Shown one piece after another: positions 47,481 through 58,113 of a DNA stretch of 64,000 nt. The number at the start of each line of letters is the position of its first letter. Within the stretch, counting starts at the first letter, position 1. The notes beneath the pieces are model-generated. The model worked only from the letters and a program-made list of their open reading frames with translations, was not told the DNA's origin and did no database searches. This stretch comes from an uncultured Candidatus Rokubacteria bacterium (GTDB taxonomy: Bacteria; Methylomirabilota; Methylomirabilia; Rokubacteriales; CSP1-6), in the NCBI GenBank assembly GCA_963841755.1, contig CAWJDX010000009.1, positions 10,880-74,879 on the forward strand. The letters run 5' to 3'. Position numbers and translations under genes: made by a program.

Positions 47481-48091
47481 TCGGCGCGCGCGTCCTCGCG
47501 GCCGGCGGCGCTCGCGATCGCCTGCCTGGCGGCGGGCCCGGCCGCCCACGCGGCGCCCGCCGGCGCGGCCGGGCTCCGCAGCGGCGCCTTCGATCCGCCG
47601 CGGCCGGCGCCCGAGTTCGCGCTGCCCTCGACCGGCGGCGCCGAGTTCCGGCTGAGCCGCCAGCTCGGCAAGGTCATCGTGCTGACCTTCGGCTACACGA
47701 GCTGCCCCGACATCTGCCCCACCGTGCTGGCCGAGCTGGCCCAGGTGCGGGAGCGGCTCGGCGGGGCGGCGAAGCGGGTGCAGGTGGTCTACGTGAGCGT
47801 CGACCCCGAGCGGGACACGCCGGCGCGCCTCCGCGCCTACACCGAGCAGTTCGACAAGACCTTCCTCGGGCTCACCGGAGCCGACGGAGCAGCTCGCCCC
47901 GGTGTGGAAGGCCTACGGGGTCTCGGTGGTGCGGCGCGAGCTGCCCGGCACCAAGCCGCGCGATGTACCTGATCCATCACTCCGCGTCCGTGTTCCTGAT
48001 CGACCCGGCCGGCCGCCTGCGCGTGATGGCGCCCTTCGGGACTCCGGTGGACGACGTCCTGCACGACATCCGCACCCTGCTCGAGGAGTGA
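47477..48091 (+). CDS. SCO family copper chaperone; frameshifts near 47505, 47880 and 47960
   Basis: Signal-like N-terminus, FGYTSCPDICP (CxxxC), VSVDPERDTP and IHHSASVFLIDP (Cu-binding His). GTG overlaps the ATPase stop. Confidence 0.88.
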   Translation: MIGARVLAAGGARDRLPGGGPGRPRGARRRGRAPQRRLRSAAAGARVRAALDRRRRVPAEPPARQGHRADLRLHELPRHLPHRAGRAGPGAGAARRGGEAGAGGLRERRPRAGHAGAPPRLHRAVRQDLPRAHRSRRSSSPRCGRPTGSRWCGASCPAPSRAMYLIHHSASVFLIDPAGRLRVMAPFGTPVDDVLHDIRTLLEE

Positions 48092-48095
48092 GCCG

Positions 48096-48540
48096 ATGCG
48101 CCGACTGCTCGTTCTCGCGCTGGCCGGCCTGGTCGTGGCTCCGGCCGCCGTCGCCCAGGAAGCGCGCCATCCGTCTGGAGAAGCCGTGGGTCCGCCGGGC
48201 CCCGGCCATGCCGGACGCGCGGCCGGGCGCGGAGAGCACCGCGGCGGGCTACGTCACCCTGCTGAATCGCGGGCCCGACCGCGACGCCCTGGTCGCGGCG
48301 TCGGCCGACGTCGCGGCGCGGGTCGAGCTGCACGAGACCCGCAACATGTCCGGGATGATGATGATGGAGCGGGTGGACAAGGTCGAGCTGGCCCCGGGCT
48401 CGCGCGTCGAGCTCCGGCCGGGCTCCTATCATCTGATGCTGATCGGGCTCAAGCGCGCGCTGACCCCGGGCCAGACCGTCACCCTCACCCTCGAGTTCGA
48501 GCGGGGCGGACGGATGACGACCCGCGCGGAGGTGCGGTGA
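48096..48540 (+). CDS. PCuAC-family periplasmic copper chaperone; frameshift near 48165
   Basis: Signal peptide, AAGYVTL.N, ELHET..MSGMMMM and PGSYHLMLIGL (H-M-H-M ligands). Confidence 0.88.
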
Positions 48541-48964
48541 CCCGCCGGCCCGCGGCGCTCGCGGCGGTGGCGGGCCTCGCGCTCGCTCTCGTCGCGCTCG
48601 CCTGGGCCGCGCTCGCGCCGCTGCCGGCGGGCTCGCACGCGCTGACCTTCGTGATCCCGCCGGGCACCGCGGCGCGCCTCAAGGCGGGCGAGGCGGCGAG
48701 CGTCCTGCCCTCGCCGATCCACCTCACGTCGGGGTGCGCGACGTGCTCGTGCTCACCAACGACGACGACGTCATCCACCAGGTCGGCCCCATCATCCTCG
48801 GCTCGCGCCAGACCTACCGGATCCCGTTCCGCAAGCCGGGGCGGTTCCAGTACGCGTGCTCGCTCCACGCGGCGGGCACGCTCGCGCTCGTCATCGACCC
48901 GCCGCCCGCGGCCGGCCTCGAGCGGCTGCGGTGGCGCCTCGGTCAGCTCACCGCCCGCTCCTGA
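48537..48964 (+). CDS. Membrane-anchored cupredoxin-like protein; frameshift near 48728
   Basis: TM helix, FVIPPGT, LTNDDDVIHQVG and FQYACSLH (His...Cys-x2-His). GTG overlaps the PCuAC stop. Confidence 0.7.
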
Positions 48965-48980
48965 CTGGAGACATCGGCCC

Positions 48981-50358
48981 ATGCTCGAGGAGCCCACGTC
49001 CCTCCGGATCGACGACCCCGGCGTCCGCGCGCTGTTCACCGAGCCGGCACGCTTCCAGTCCTGGCTGGACGTCGAGGCGGCGCTGGCCCGGGCGCAGGCC
49101 GAGCTCGGCATCATCCCGGAGGCGGCGGCCCGCGAGATCGTCCGCAAGGCGCACCTCTCCTTCCTGGACCTGGCCGCGGTGCGGGAGGGCCTGGCCCGCA
49201 CCGGCCATCCGCTGGTGCCGCTGGTGTGGGAGCTCGATCGCGCCTGCGAGGGCGACGCGGGCGGCTTCGTGCACTGGGGCGCGACCACCCAGAACGTCAC
49301 CCAGACCGGCCAGCTCCTGCAGGTGCGGCGGGCGCACGAGATCTTCCTGCGCCAGCTCGCGGCCGATCCTCACCACGCTCGCGGACCTGGCCGAGCGCAC
49401 CCGGGACGTGCTGCTGCCCGGCCGCACCCACGGTCAGCACGCGGTGCCGGCCACCTTCGGCTTCAAGGTCGCGGTGTGGATCGACGAGCTGGGCCGCCAC
49501 GTCGATCGCCTGCAGGGCTGCGAGGCCCGCGTGTTCGTGGCCATGCTGGGCGGCGGCGCGGGCACCCTCGCCTCGCTCGGCGAGCTGGGCCTGGCCACCC
49601 AGGAGAAGATGGCGGCGCACCTCGGCATGGCCCCGATGCGGCTGCCCGCGCGCACCATCGGCGATCACCAGGCCGAGTACGTGACCCTGCTCGGCATGCT
49701 CGCCTCGACGTGCAGCAAGATCGGCCGCGAGATCTACACCCTCATGAAGCAGGAGTTCGGCGAGGTCGAGGAGCCGGTGCCGCCCGGCACCGTCGGCAGC
49801 AGCACGATGCCGCAGAAGCGCAACCCCAAGCTCTCGCAGGACATCATCGCGGCCGCCGCGCAGGTGCGGGCGCTGGTGCCGCTGGCCCTCGAGGCCATGC
49901 AGACCGAGCACGAGGCCGACCGCACCACCAGCATCATGATGAGCCGCGCCCTCGTGCAGGCGTGCGAGCTGACCGGCGACCTGCTGCAGCGGATGATGGT
50001 GCTCTTCGACGGGCTCCAGGTCTTCCCGGACCGCATGCGCGAGAACCTCGACCTCTCGGGCGGCCTGATCATGGCCGAGGCGCTGATGCTCGAGCTGGGC
50101 CGGCAGATCGGGCGGCAGCGCGCGCACGACGCGGTCTACGAGGCGGCGCAGGCCTCGGTGACCGAGTCGCGCCCGTTCCGGGAGATGCTGGCGCTGGACC
50201 CGCACGTGAGCGCGGGGCTCACCCCGTCGCAGATGGAGACGCTGCTCGACCCCGCCCGCTACACCGGGCTCTGCCGCGAGTTCGCGGAGCGGGGCGCCGC
50301 GCTCGGGCGCGAGATCGCGGCGGCCATCGAGCGGCGGCCCGCGGGCCGGGTCACCTGA
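48981..50358 (+). CDS. Fumarase/aspartase superfamily lyase (adenylosuccinate lyase / 3-carboxymuconate cycloisomerase-like); frameshift near 49360
   Basis: HWGATTQN, GRTHGQHA and GSSTMPQKRNP signature. Confidence 0.9.
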
Positions 50359-51908
50359 GCCGCAGATCCTCGTAGGGCGAGAGGTAGGGGTGCCCCGGGA
50401 TCGTGGGCACCTCCGCCAGGCGCGGCCCGACCCCGGTCAGCAGCGGCGGCTCCACGATGGGCGCGAACATCGCGCGCTCGTGCATGAGCTGCTGGATGCG
50501 GTGGAGCAGCGCCTCGCGGCGCTTGCGGTCGGGCTCGGCGGCCTGGTCCCGGAAGAGCGCGTCGATGTCCGGATAGCCTCCGTACGAGCGGATCCCGCTC
50601 GAGAGCACGAACGCCTCGATCCGGGTCGCCGCGTTGCCGGCGGTGCCGCTGCCCACCCGGATCAGGTGCTTGAACTGCTTGTCCTGGTCCGCCTTGTAGA
50701 ACGCGGCCCGCTCCATCGGGCGCAGCCGCGCCCGGATGCCGACGGACCGCAGGCCGTTGATGACCGCCTCCGCCTCCGGCGCGAACACCACGTCGGTGGC
50801 GACCTCGCCCGCGTCGAAGCCCTTCGGGTAGCCCGCCTCGGCCAGGAGCTGCTTCGCCCGCGCCGGATCGTGCGGGTACTCGGGGGGCGCCCAGTAGAAC
50901 TCGTACTCGCGGGGGATGATGCTGGAGGCCGCCTTGCCGAACCCGAGATACTCCGCCTGGCTCAGGGTCTTCCGGTCGATGGCGAGGTTCGCCGCGAGCC
51001 GCACCCGCTGATCGGCCCAGGGCGACTTCGGATCCCACTGCTGGGTGAACGTGAGCCACTGGGTGAAGGTCGGGTAGGTGACCTTGAGGGCGAGGCCCGG
51101 CGTACGTCGAACTTCCTCCCCGAGCGGGCCGCGCAGCGAGTACGCCACGTCGGCCTCGGCGCGCTTGAGCATGGCCAGGCGCGTCGAGTCGTCGGGGATC
51201 GACTTGAACACGAGGCGCTTCACCGCCGGCGCCTTCCGCCAGTAGCCGTCGTGGGCCTCCAGCACCAGCTCGATCCCGGGGCTGAAGGACACGAAGCGGT
51301 AGGGGCCGGCCCCGACCGGCGCCTTCTTGAACCCGTCGTCGCCGACGCGCTCGAGGTAGGCCTTCGGCACGATCCAGGCGGCCCCGCTGGCCGGCGTCGC
51401 GTAGAACGTCATGAAGTCGGGCCACGGCTGCTTGAGCCGGAAGCGCACGCGGTGGGCGTCGACGATCTCGACCGCGGCGACGTGCGCCTTCAGGGTTCCC
51501 GCCGCGGCGCCCTTGTACCGCTCGAAGGAGAACTTCACGTCCTCCGCGGTGAGGAGGTCGCCGTTGTGGAATCGCACGCCCTTGCGGAGCGACGAACTCG
51601 TAGATGAGCCCGTCCTTCGACTGCGTCCACGACTCGGCCAGGCTCGGCGTCCACGCGTTGCCCGGCATCGGCTTCACGAGCGCGTCGTGGAGCGCGTACA
51701 GCATCAGGAAGGGGGTGATGACGCCCGCGGTCTCGGCCGGGTCGAACCACGTGGGGGCCAGCGAGATATGGACCGCGAGCGTGATCTGCCCGTCCGCGGC
51801 CCGGGCGGGCGGGGGCGCCGGCCAGAGGGCCAGGGCGCCCAGAGGGCCAGGGCCCCGATGACGAGGGATGACGAGGACGCCGAGCGGTCGCGACCGGCCG
51901 GGCTCCAC
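50351..51908 (-). CDS. Orphan family-5 ABC substrate-binding protein; frameshift near 51590
   Basis: WFDPAET, FHNGDLLTAEDVKFSF and QWDPKSPWADQRVR. Likely start GTG 51908. Confidence 0.88.
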
Positions 51909-51972
51909 GGCGGGGAGCATACACCCCGAGGCCGGGGCTGGGAACCGGGCCGGTCCGGCGCGCGGCGGCCGG

Positions 51973-52374
51973 TCAGTCGACGACCGCGATCGCCTCCACC
52001 TCCACCACCAGGTCGGGGTGGGCGAGCTTGCGCACCTCCACCGTGGTGCTGGTCGGCAGCGCGCCGAAGTACTCCATGCGGACGTCGACGTGCTTGAAGA
52101 ACTCCTCGATGTCGGTGACGTAGGTGTTGGTCTTCACGATGTCGGCGAGGGTGGCGCCCGCCGCGGCCAGCGCGGCCTTGATGTTCTCGCCCACCTGGCG
52201 GAGCTGGGCGCGCATGTCGCCCGCCCCGACGACCTCGCCGGCCGGGCCGCGGGCGAGCTGGCCCGACACGAAGATCGTCTTCTTGCCCTCGACGACCACC
52301 ACGTGGGAGTAGAGGACGTGGCCGCCCACGACCCGCTTGCTGAGCGACGCCGGCTGGATGTTCTGGCGCTTCAT
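51973..52374 (-). CDS. RidA/YjgF/UK114 family protein
   Basis: YSH, IFVSGQL, NIKAAL..AG and VEVEAIA. The catalytic Arg position reads LPTST, so it may be a non-deaminase Rid subfamily. Confidence 0.88.
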   Translation of the reverse strand: MKRQNIQPASLSKRVVGGHVLYSHVVVVEGKKTIFVSGQLARGPAGEVVGAGDMRAQLRQVGENIKAALAAAGATLADIVKTNTYVTDIEEFFKHVDVRMEYFGALPTSTTVEVRKLAHPDLVVEVEAIAVVD

Positions 52375-52384
52375 GACCGCCTCC

Positions 52385-53959
52385 TCACTTGAGACGCAGG
52401 TCCTCGAACGGGGCCGAGTAGGAGAAGCCGGGGATGCGGCCGTCGCCCGCCTCGGCCACCCGCGGCCCCACGCCCCAGATGAACGCCTGCTCGAAGAGCG
52501 GGATGTTGATCACCTTGTCCCGGATGATCTGCTGGATGTGGTGGACGAGCGCCTCCCGCTTCTTGACGTCGAGCTCGCGCGCCTGCTGGACGTAGAGATC
52601 GTCGATCTCGGGGACCGACCCGTAGGCGTAGACGCCGCCCTTGATGACGTAGGGCTCGAGCCGGGTGGCCGCATTGCCGAAGGCGGCGGTGATGACCTTG
52701 ATCACGCCGTGCAGCTTCTTCTCCCGCCACGCGGTGAAGTAGGCCGCGCGCTCCATCGTGCGAAGCCGGCTGCGGATGCCGACGGTCTGGAAGTTGCCCA
52801 GGATGGCCTCGCCCATCGTGTCGTAGGGCGGGAACGGGTAGAAGTCGCCCGCGTCGAAGCCGTTGGGGTAGCCGGCCTCGGCGAGGAGCTTCCGGGACCG
52901 GGCCGGATCGTAGGCGTGCGGCTCCATCGGCACCGCGAACTGGAAGATGCGCGGGATCATGTTGCCGGTGAGCCGCCCGAAGCCGAGCATCTCCGCCTGG
53001 TTGATCCCGGGCCGGTCGATGGCGTGGCTCGCGGCGAGGCGCACGCGCGGATCGGACCAGGGCGACTTGGGATCCCACTGCTCGGGCAGCTCGATCCAGA
53101 ACGCCCCGCTCACCAGCGGGGCGGCCAGCCGGAAGCCCGACGTCTTGCGGATCGAGTCCGCGGTGGGCCCGGTCAGGAGATAGGCGATGTCCACCTCGCC
53201 GGCGCGGAGCGCGGCGGCGCGGGTCGCCTCCTCCGGCATCGAGCGCATGACCAGGCGCTTCACCGAGGGCGCCTTGCGCCAGTAGCCGTCGAAGGCCTCC
53301 AGCACCAGCTCCACCCCCGGCTTGAACGAGACGACCTTGTAGGGGCCCGCGCCGACCGGCGCCGCCTTGAAGCCGTCGTCGCCGACCTTCTCCACGTACT
53401 TCTTCGGCACGATCCAGCCCGCCCCGGAGGCGGTGGTGCCGTAGAAGGTGATGAAGTCGGGCCACGGCTCGCGCAGGACGAAGCGCACCTGGCCCGGGTC
53501 GACGACCTGGACCTCCTTGACCTTGTCCTTGAGCAGCTTGGCGCTCGCGCCCTTGTAGCGGTCCCAGGAGAACTTCACGTCCTCCGCGGTGACCGGCTCG
53601 CCGTTGTGGAAGCGCACGCCCTTGCGCAGCACGAAGGTGTAGGAGAGGTGGTCCTTCGCCTCCGTCCACGACTCGGCCAGGCTCGGGGTCGTGAGCCCGG
53701 CCGGCATCGGCTTCAGCAGCGCGTCGTGGAGCGCGTACATGACCATGAACGGCGTGCTGAAGGCCTCGGTCTCCGCCGGGTCGAGCCAGCGGGCGGCGAG
53801 GGTCACGTGCAGCGCCCAGCGCATCTCGCCCGGCGACGCCTTGCCGGACTGGGCGTGGGCCGCGATCGGGGCGGCGAGGACGAGCACGGCGAGCGCGAGG
53901 CCGAGCAGCGCGAGCGGACGGGAAAACCTCGAGCGGGAGCCGTCGTTGGCGGTTAGCAT
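52385..53959 (-). CDS. Orphan family-5 ABC substrate-binding protein
   Basis: WLDPAET, FHNGEPVTAEDVKFSW and QWDPKSPWSDPRVR. Intact ORF. Confidence 0.92.
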   Translation of the reverse strand: MLTANDGSRSRFSRPLALLGLALAVLVLAAPIAAHAQSGKASPGEMRWALHVTLAARWLDPAETEAFSTPFMVMYALHDALLKPMPAGLTTPSLAESWTEAKDHLSYTFVLRKGVRFHNGEPVTAEDVKFSWDRYKGASAKLLKDKVKEVQVVDPGQVRFVLREPWPDFITFYGTTASGAGWIVPKKYVEKVGDDGFKAAPVGAGPYKVVSFKPGVELVLEAFDGYWRKAPSVKRLVMRSMPEEATRAAALRAGEVDIAYLLTGPTADSIRKTSGFRLAAPLVSGAFWIELPEQWDPKSPWSDPRVRLAASHAIDRPGINQAEMLGFGRLTGNMIPRIFQFAVPMEPHAYDPARSRKLLAEAGYPNGFDAGDFYPFPPYDTMGEAILGNFQTVGIRSRLRTMERAAYFTAWREKKLHGVIKVITAAFGNAATRLEPYVIKGGVYAYGSVPEIDDLYVQQARELDVKKREALVHHIQQIIRDKVINIPLFEQAFIWGVGPRVAEAGDGRIPGFSYSAPFEDLRLK

Positions 53960-54018
53960 GGCGCATACCGTAGTCTGTGGAGCCGGGAAGGTCAATCGAC
54001 CGACGGGGGGACCGCGAC

Positions 54019-54921
54019 ATGCTGCCGACGCACGGACGCTACGACTACTCGAACATCACCACGCGGCCCGACTACTCGTGGCCCGGGGGCCGGCGGCTCG
54101 CGGTGTACCTGGCGCTCAACATCGAGGCCTTCGGCTTCGGGGTGGGCAAGGGCGCGGCGATCGCGCCGCCCGACCAGGCGCAGAGCCACAGCGTCTACAG
54201 CTGGCGGGACTACGGCAACCGGGTCGGCATCTGGCGGCTCTTCGAGCTGCTCGACGAGCTGGGGCTTCCCGCCGAGGCCCAGATGAACGCGGCGGTCTAC
54301 GAGATGGCGCCGGACATCCCCGCGAAGCTGCGCGCGCGGGGCGACGAGATCCTGGGCCACGGCCTCACCAACTCCGACGAGCAGGGGCACCTGGCCGAGG
54401 ACCGCGAGCGCGCGCTGATCGCGGAGGCGACCGCCGCGATCGAGCGGCACGAGGGCGCGCGGCCGGTGGGCTGGATGAGCCCGTGGCTCTCCAACAGCGC
54501 GGTCACCATGGATCTGCTCCAGGAGGCGGGCTACCGCTACGTGATGGACTGGACCATGGACGACCAGCCCATCTGGCTCTCCACGCGTAAAGGCCGCATC
54601 CTCTCGATCCCGTATCCGATCGAGGTGAACGACACGCGGGGCATCATCTGGTACCACCACACCTCGCAGGAGTTCGCGGAGATGATCACCGACCAGTTCG
54701 ACGAGATGCTGGCCCAGTCGGCCCGCCAGCCGCTGGTCTGCCCCATCTCGCTCCACCCCTTCGTGTTCGGCCGCCCGTACCGCATCCGCCGGCTGCGCCG
54801 GGCGCTCCAGCACATCCTGGGGCACGGGGATCGCGTCTGGATCACGCGCCCCCGCGACATCTGCGCCCACATCGAATCGCTCCCCGCCGGCACCGTGCCG
54901 GGTAGCAGGAGGACCCCATGA
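54019..54921 (+). CDS. Polysaccharide deacetylase-fold hydrolase (PuuE/urate catabolism-like)
   Basis: WPGGRRLAVY, RDYGNRVGIWR, GHG, GWMSP and ISLHPF..GRPYR. Confidence 0.85.
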   Translation: MLPTHGRYDYSNITTRPDYSWPGGRRLAVYLALNIEAFGFGVGKGAAIAPPDQAQSHSVYSWRDYGNRVGIWRLFELLDELGLPAEAQMNAAVYEMAPDIPAKLRARGDEILGHGLTNSDEQGHLAEDRERALIAEATAAIERHEGARPVGWMSPWLSNSAVTMDLLQEAGYRYVMDWTMDDQPIWLSTRKGRILSIPYPIEVNDTRGIIWYHHTSQEFAEMITDQFDEMLAQSARQPLVCPISLHPFVFGRPYRIRRLRRALQHILGHGDRVWITRPRDICAHIESLPAGTVPGSRRTP

Positions 54922-55791
54922 AGATCGGCGTCGTGCTGCCGCAGACCGAGATCGGGAACGACCCGGGGGCCATCAAGGCCTACGCGGAGGCGGTCGAGGA
55001 GATGGGCTTCACCCACATCCTGGTCTTCGACCACGTGCTGGGGGCCAACCCGGAGCGCCCCGGCGGGTGGAAGGGGCCCTACACCTATCGCCACGCCTTC
55101 CACGAGCCGTTCGTGCTCTTCGGCTTCCTGGCCGCGGCCACGCGCCGGGTCGGGCTCGTGACCGGCATCATCATCCTCCCGCAGCGGCAGACCGCGCTGG
55201 TGGCCAAGCAGGCCGCGGCGGTGGACGTGCTCTCGGGCGGGCGCCTGCGGCTCGGCGTCGGAGTGGGCTGGAACCCGGTGGAGTTCGAGGCGCTCGGCGA
55301 GGATTTCCACACCCGCGGGCGGCGCGTCGAGGAGCAGCTCGAGGTGATGCGCGCGCTCTGGACGAAGGAGCTGGTCACCTTCGCGGGCCAGCACCACCGC
55401 ATCACGGACGCGGGGCTGAACCCGCTGCCGGTGCAGCGGCCGATCCCGGTGTGGATGGGCGGGGAGAGCGAGGTCGTCCAGCGGCGCATGGCCCGCGTCG
55501 CCGACGGGTGGATGCCGCACTTCCGGCCGGGCGCCGCCTCGCAGGAGATCGTCGACCGGATGCACGGCATGATCCGGGAGGCCGGCCGCGACCCGAAGGC
55601 GTTCGGCATCGAGGGCCGCATGACGCTGCCCCAGATCCCGCCCGCCGAGTGGGGCAAGGAGCTGCAGGGGTGGCAGGCGATGAAGGGGGTCACGCCATCT
55701 CTGCGTGAACACGGGCGGCATGGGCCTCAAGACGCCGGCGGATCACGTGCAGACGCTGCGGCGGTTCCGGGAGGCGGTCGGCCTCAAGTAG
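54918..55791 (+). CDS. LLM-class flavin/F420-dependent oxidoreductase; frameshift near 55693
   Basis: FDHV, HEPFVLFGFLAA, LPQRQT..VAKQAA..D.LSGGR..LGVGVGWN..EF. Removing one C gives a stop at 55791. Confidence 0.88.
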
Positions 55792-55853
55792 CGCGGCGTC
55801 GCCGCGAGCCGCGGTCCCTTACTGGCCGCACCGGCGTAGAGTTGAGGGATCCC

Positions 55854-56723
55854 ATGGCGACGCGAGTTGCCCGAGCCGTCCCCCGCCGGACCCGTGCCGG
55901 ACGCGCCCGCCGCGCGCTCCGCTGGCTCCGCTCGCCCCGGGCCCGGCGGCTCTGGCGCCGCCTGTGGGCCGCGCCGCTCGCGATCCGCCTCGTGGTCGGG
56001 CTGATCGTGCTGGTGGCGGTCTGGTCCGCGGTGAACTGGACCTATCACGTGATCCGCAAGCCGACCGAGCTGTTCTTCCCGGTGAGCGGCACCCTCGCCA
56101 AGGCGCCCCCCGAGACCTGGCGGCAGTACGCGCCGCTCTTCCGGCGCCACTCCACCGCGACGATCTCCCCGGAGCTGCTCGCCGCGCTGGCCCAGGTCGA
56201 GGGCTCGGGCGACCCGGTGGCCCGCACCTACTGGCGCTGGCAGGTGGCCTGGAACCCGTTCGACGTGTACCGGCCCGCGTCGAGCGCGGTCGGCATGTAC
56301 CAGATCACCGACCCGACCTTCCGGGAGGCCCGCCGCTACTGCGTGCGAGACCACGTGGTCATCGAGGACGGCTGCTGGTTCCGGGCGCTCTACGTGCGGG
56401 TGCTGCCGAGCCACGCGGTGGAGATGACCTCGGCGCTGCTCGACCGCGACGTCGCGCGCACGCTGGAGCGCCGGCGGATCGTCACCGCCGCCGTCCGCCA
56501 GAAGCAGGACCTGGCCGCGATCATCCACCTGTGCGGGACGGGTCCCGGCGACGACTTCGCCCGGCGCGGCTTCCGGCTCGCCCCGGGCCAGCGGTGCGGC
56601 GACCACGACGTGGCGGGCTACCTGGCGCGGGTCAACGGGATGAAGCGCCAGTTCGCGCGGCTCGCCGCCGCCGAGGCGGGGGCCGAGCCCGCGGCCGAGC
56701 CGGTCTGGTCGCGTCCCCGCTAG
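55854..56723 (+). CDS. Membrane-anchored lysozyme-like / SLT-domain protein
   Basis: Basic N-terminus plus TM, then LAALAQVEGSG (catalytic Glu) and SSAVGMYQIT. Confidence 0.7.
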   Translation: MATRVARAVPRRTRAGRARRALRWLRSPRARRLWRRLWAAPLAIRLVVGLIVLVAVWSAVNWTYHVIRKPTELFFPVSGTLAKAPPETWRQYAPLFRRHSTATISPELLAALAQVEGSGDPVARTYWRWQVAWNPFDVYRPASSAVGMYQITDPTFREARRYCVRDHVVIEDGCWFRALYVRVLPSHAVEMTSALLDRDVARTLERRRIVTAAVRQKQDLAAIIHLCGTGPGDDFARRGFRLAPGQRCGDHDVAGYLARVNGMKRQFARLAAAEAGAEPAAEPVWSRPR

Positions 56724-56845
56724 CCAGTCCCCGCGCCGCGCGCCGGTTGAATTCCCGTCCGCCCCCGGCATAGGCTAGCGGCCATGACGGAGCGCGCACC
56801 CCTCGCCACGCCCGGCGACCGACCCAGCTCGACGGAGAGAGGCCC

Positions 56846-58106
56846 ATGCGGACACCCCGGCTCGCCCCGCGTCTCCTGTTCGGCATCGCCCTCCTGCTGG
56901 CCGGCGCCGCGGGCCTCGCGCCCACGCCCGCCGCCGCCCAGTCGAGCAAGCCGATCAAGATCGGCTTCCTGGCCCCGCTCACCGGGGCGGCGGCCCAGAT
57001 CGGGCGCGACATGGAGAACGGCTTCGCGATGTACATGGAGGAGGCCGGCCACCAGATGGCGGGCCGCAAGGTCGAGGTGATCGTGGAGGACACCGCGGGC
57101 AACCCGGGCACCGCGATCACCAAGTTCCGCAAGTTCGTGGAGAGCGACCGCGTGGACATGGTGGTGGGGGAGACCTTCGCGCACATCGGCTACGCGCTCG
57201 CGCCGAAGGCGGACGAGTACAAGATGCCGACCATCTTCCCGGTGATCGCGGCCGACGACCTGACCCAGCGCAAGCCGTCGAAGTGGGTGGTGCGCCTCGG
57301 ATGGACCGGGAGCCAGCCCTCGCATCCGTTCGGGGAGTACGCGGCCAAGACGCTCGGCTACAAGAAGGTCGCGGTGTTCGGCACCGACTACGCGTTCGGC
57401 TACGAGGTGGTCGGCGGCTTCCAGCGCTCGTTCGAGGAAGCGGGCGGCCAGATCATCCAGAAGCTGTGGGCCCCGCTCGGCACCAGCGACCTGGCGCCCT
57501 ACCTGAGCCAGCTCAAGCGCGACGCGGACGCCGCGTTCATCATCGTGGTCTCCAACTCCGCGCTGCGCTTCCCGGCCCAGTACCGCGACGCGGGCCTGCT
57601 GGGGCGGCTGCCGGTCATCGGCGGGGCGGTGATCGCCGACGAGTCGGTGCTGCCCACCTTCGGCGACGAGGCCCTCGGCATGGTCACCCCGCTCATGTAC
57701 AGCGCCGCGCTCGACACCCCGGCCAACCGGAAGCTTCGCGGCCGAGTATCGCAAGAAGTTCGGCAAGGTGCCGTCCTACTTCTCCGAGACCTGCTACACG
57801 AGCGGCCGATGGATCGCGGAGGCGGCGAAGGTGGTGGGCGGCCGCGTGGAGGACCGCGAGAAGTTCATGGCCGCCTTCCGCACCGTGGAGATCCCCGACG
57901 CCCCGCGCGGACCGTTGAAGCTCGATCAGTGGGGCAACCCGATCCAGAACATCTACGTGCGGAAGGTCGAGCGGAAGAACGGGGAGCTGCAGAACACGGT
58001 GATCCACACCTTCCCGGCCATCTCCCAGTTCTGGACCTACAAGCCGGAGGAGTACCTGAAGCTGCCGGTGTACAACCGCGACTACCCACCCTGCCGGTTC
58101 TGCTAG
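56846..58106 (+). CDS. Orphan branched-chain amino acid-type (Peripla_BP_6) substrate-binding protein; frameshift near 57735
   Basis: IKIGFLAPLTG, DYAFG and APLGTSD. Confidence 0.88.
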
Positions 58107-58113
58107 GCGCCCG

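Noticed and set aside
48096-50375. 759-aa ORF merging PCuAC, cupredoxin and lyase pieces
   Set aside because: A frame mosaic caused by indels. Three separate genes are recoverable.
54918-56723. Apparent LLM oxidoreductase-lytic transglycosylase fusion
   Set aside because: A 1-nt insertion near 55693 skips the LLM stop at 55791. The second gene has its own ATG (55854) and TM anchor.
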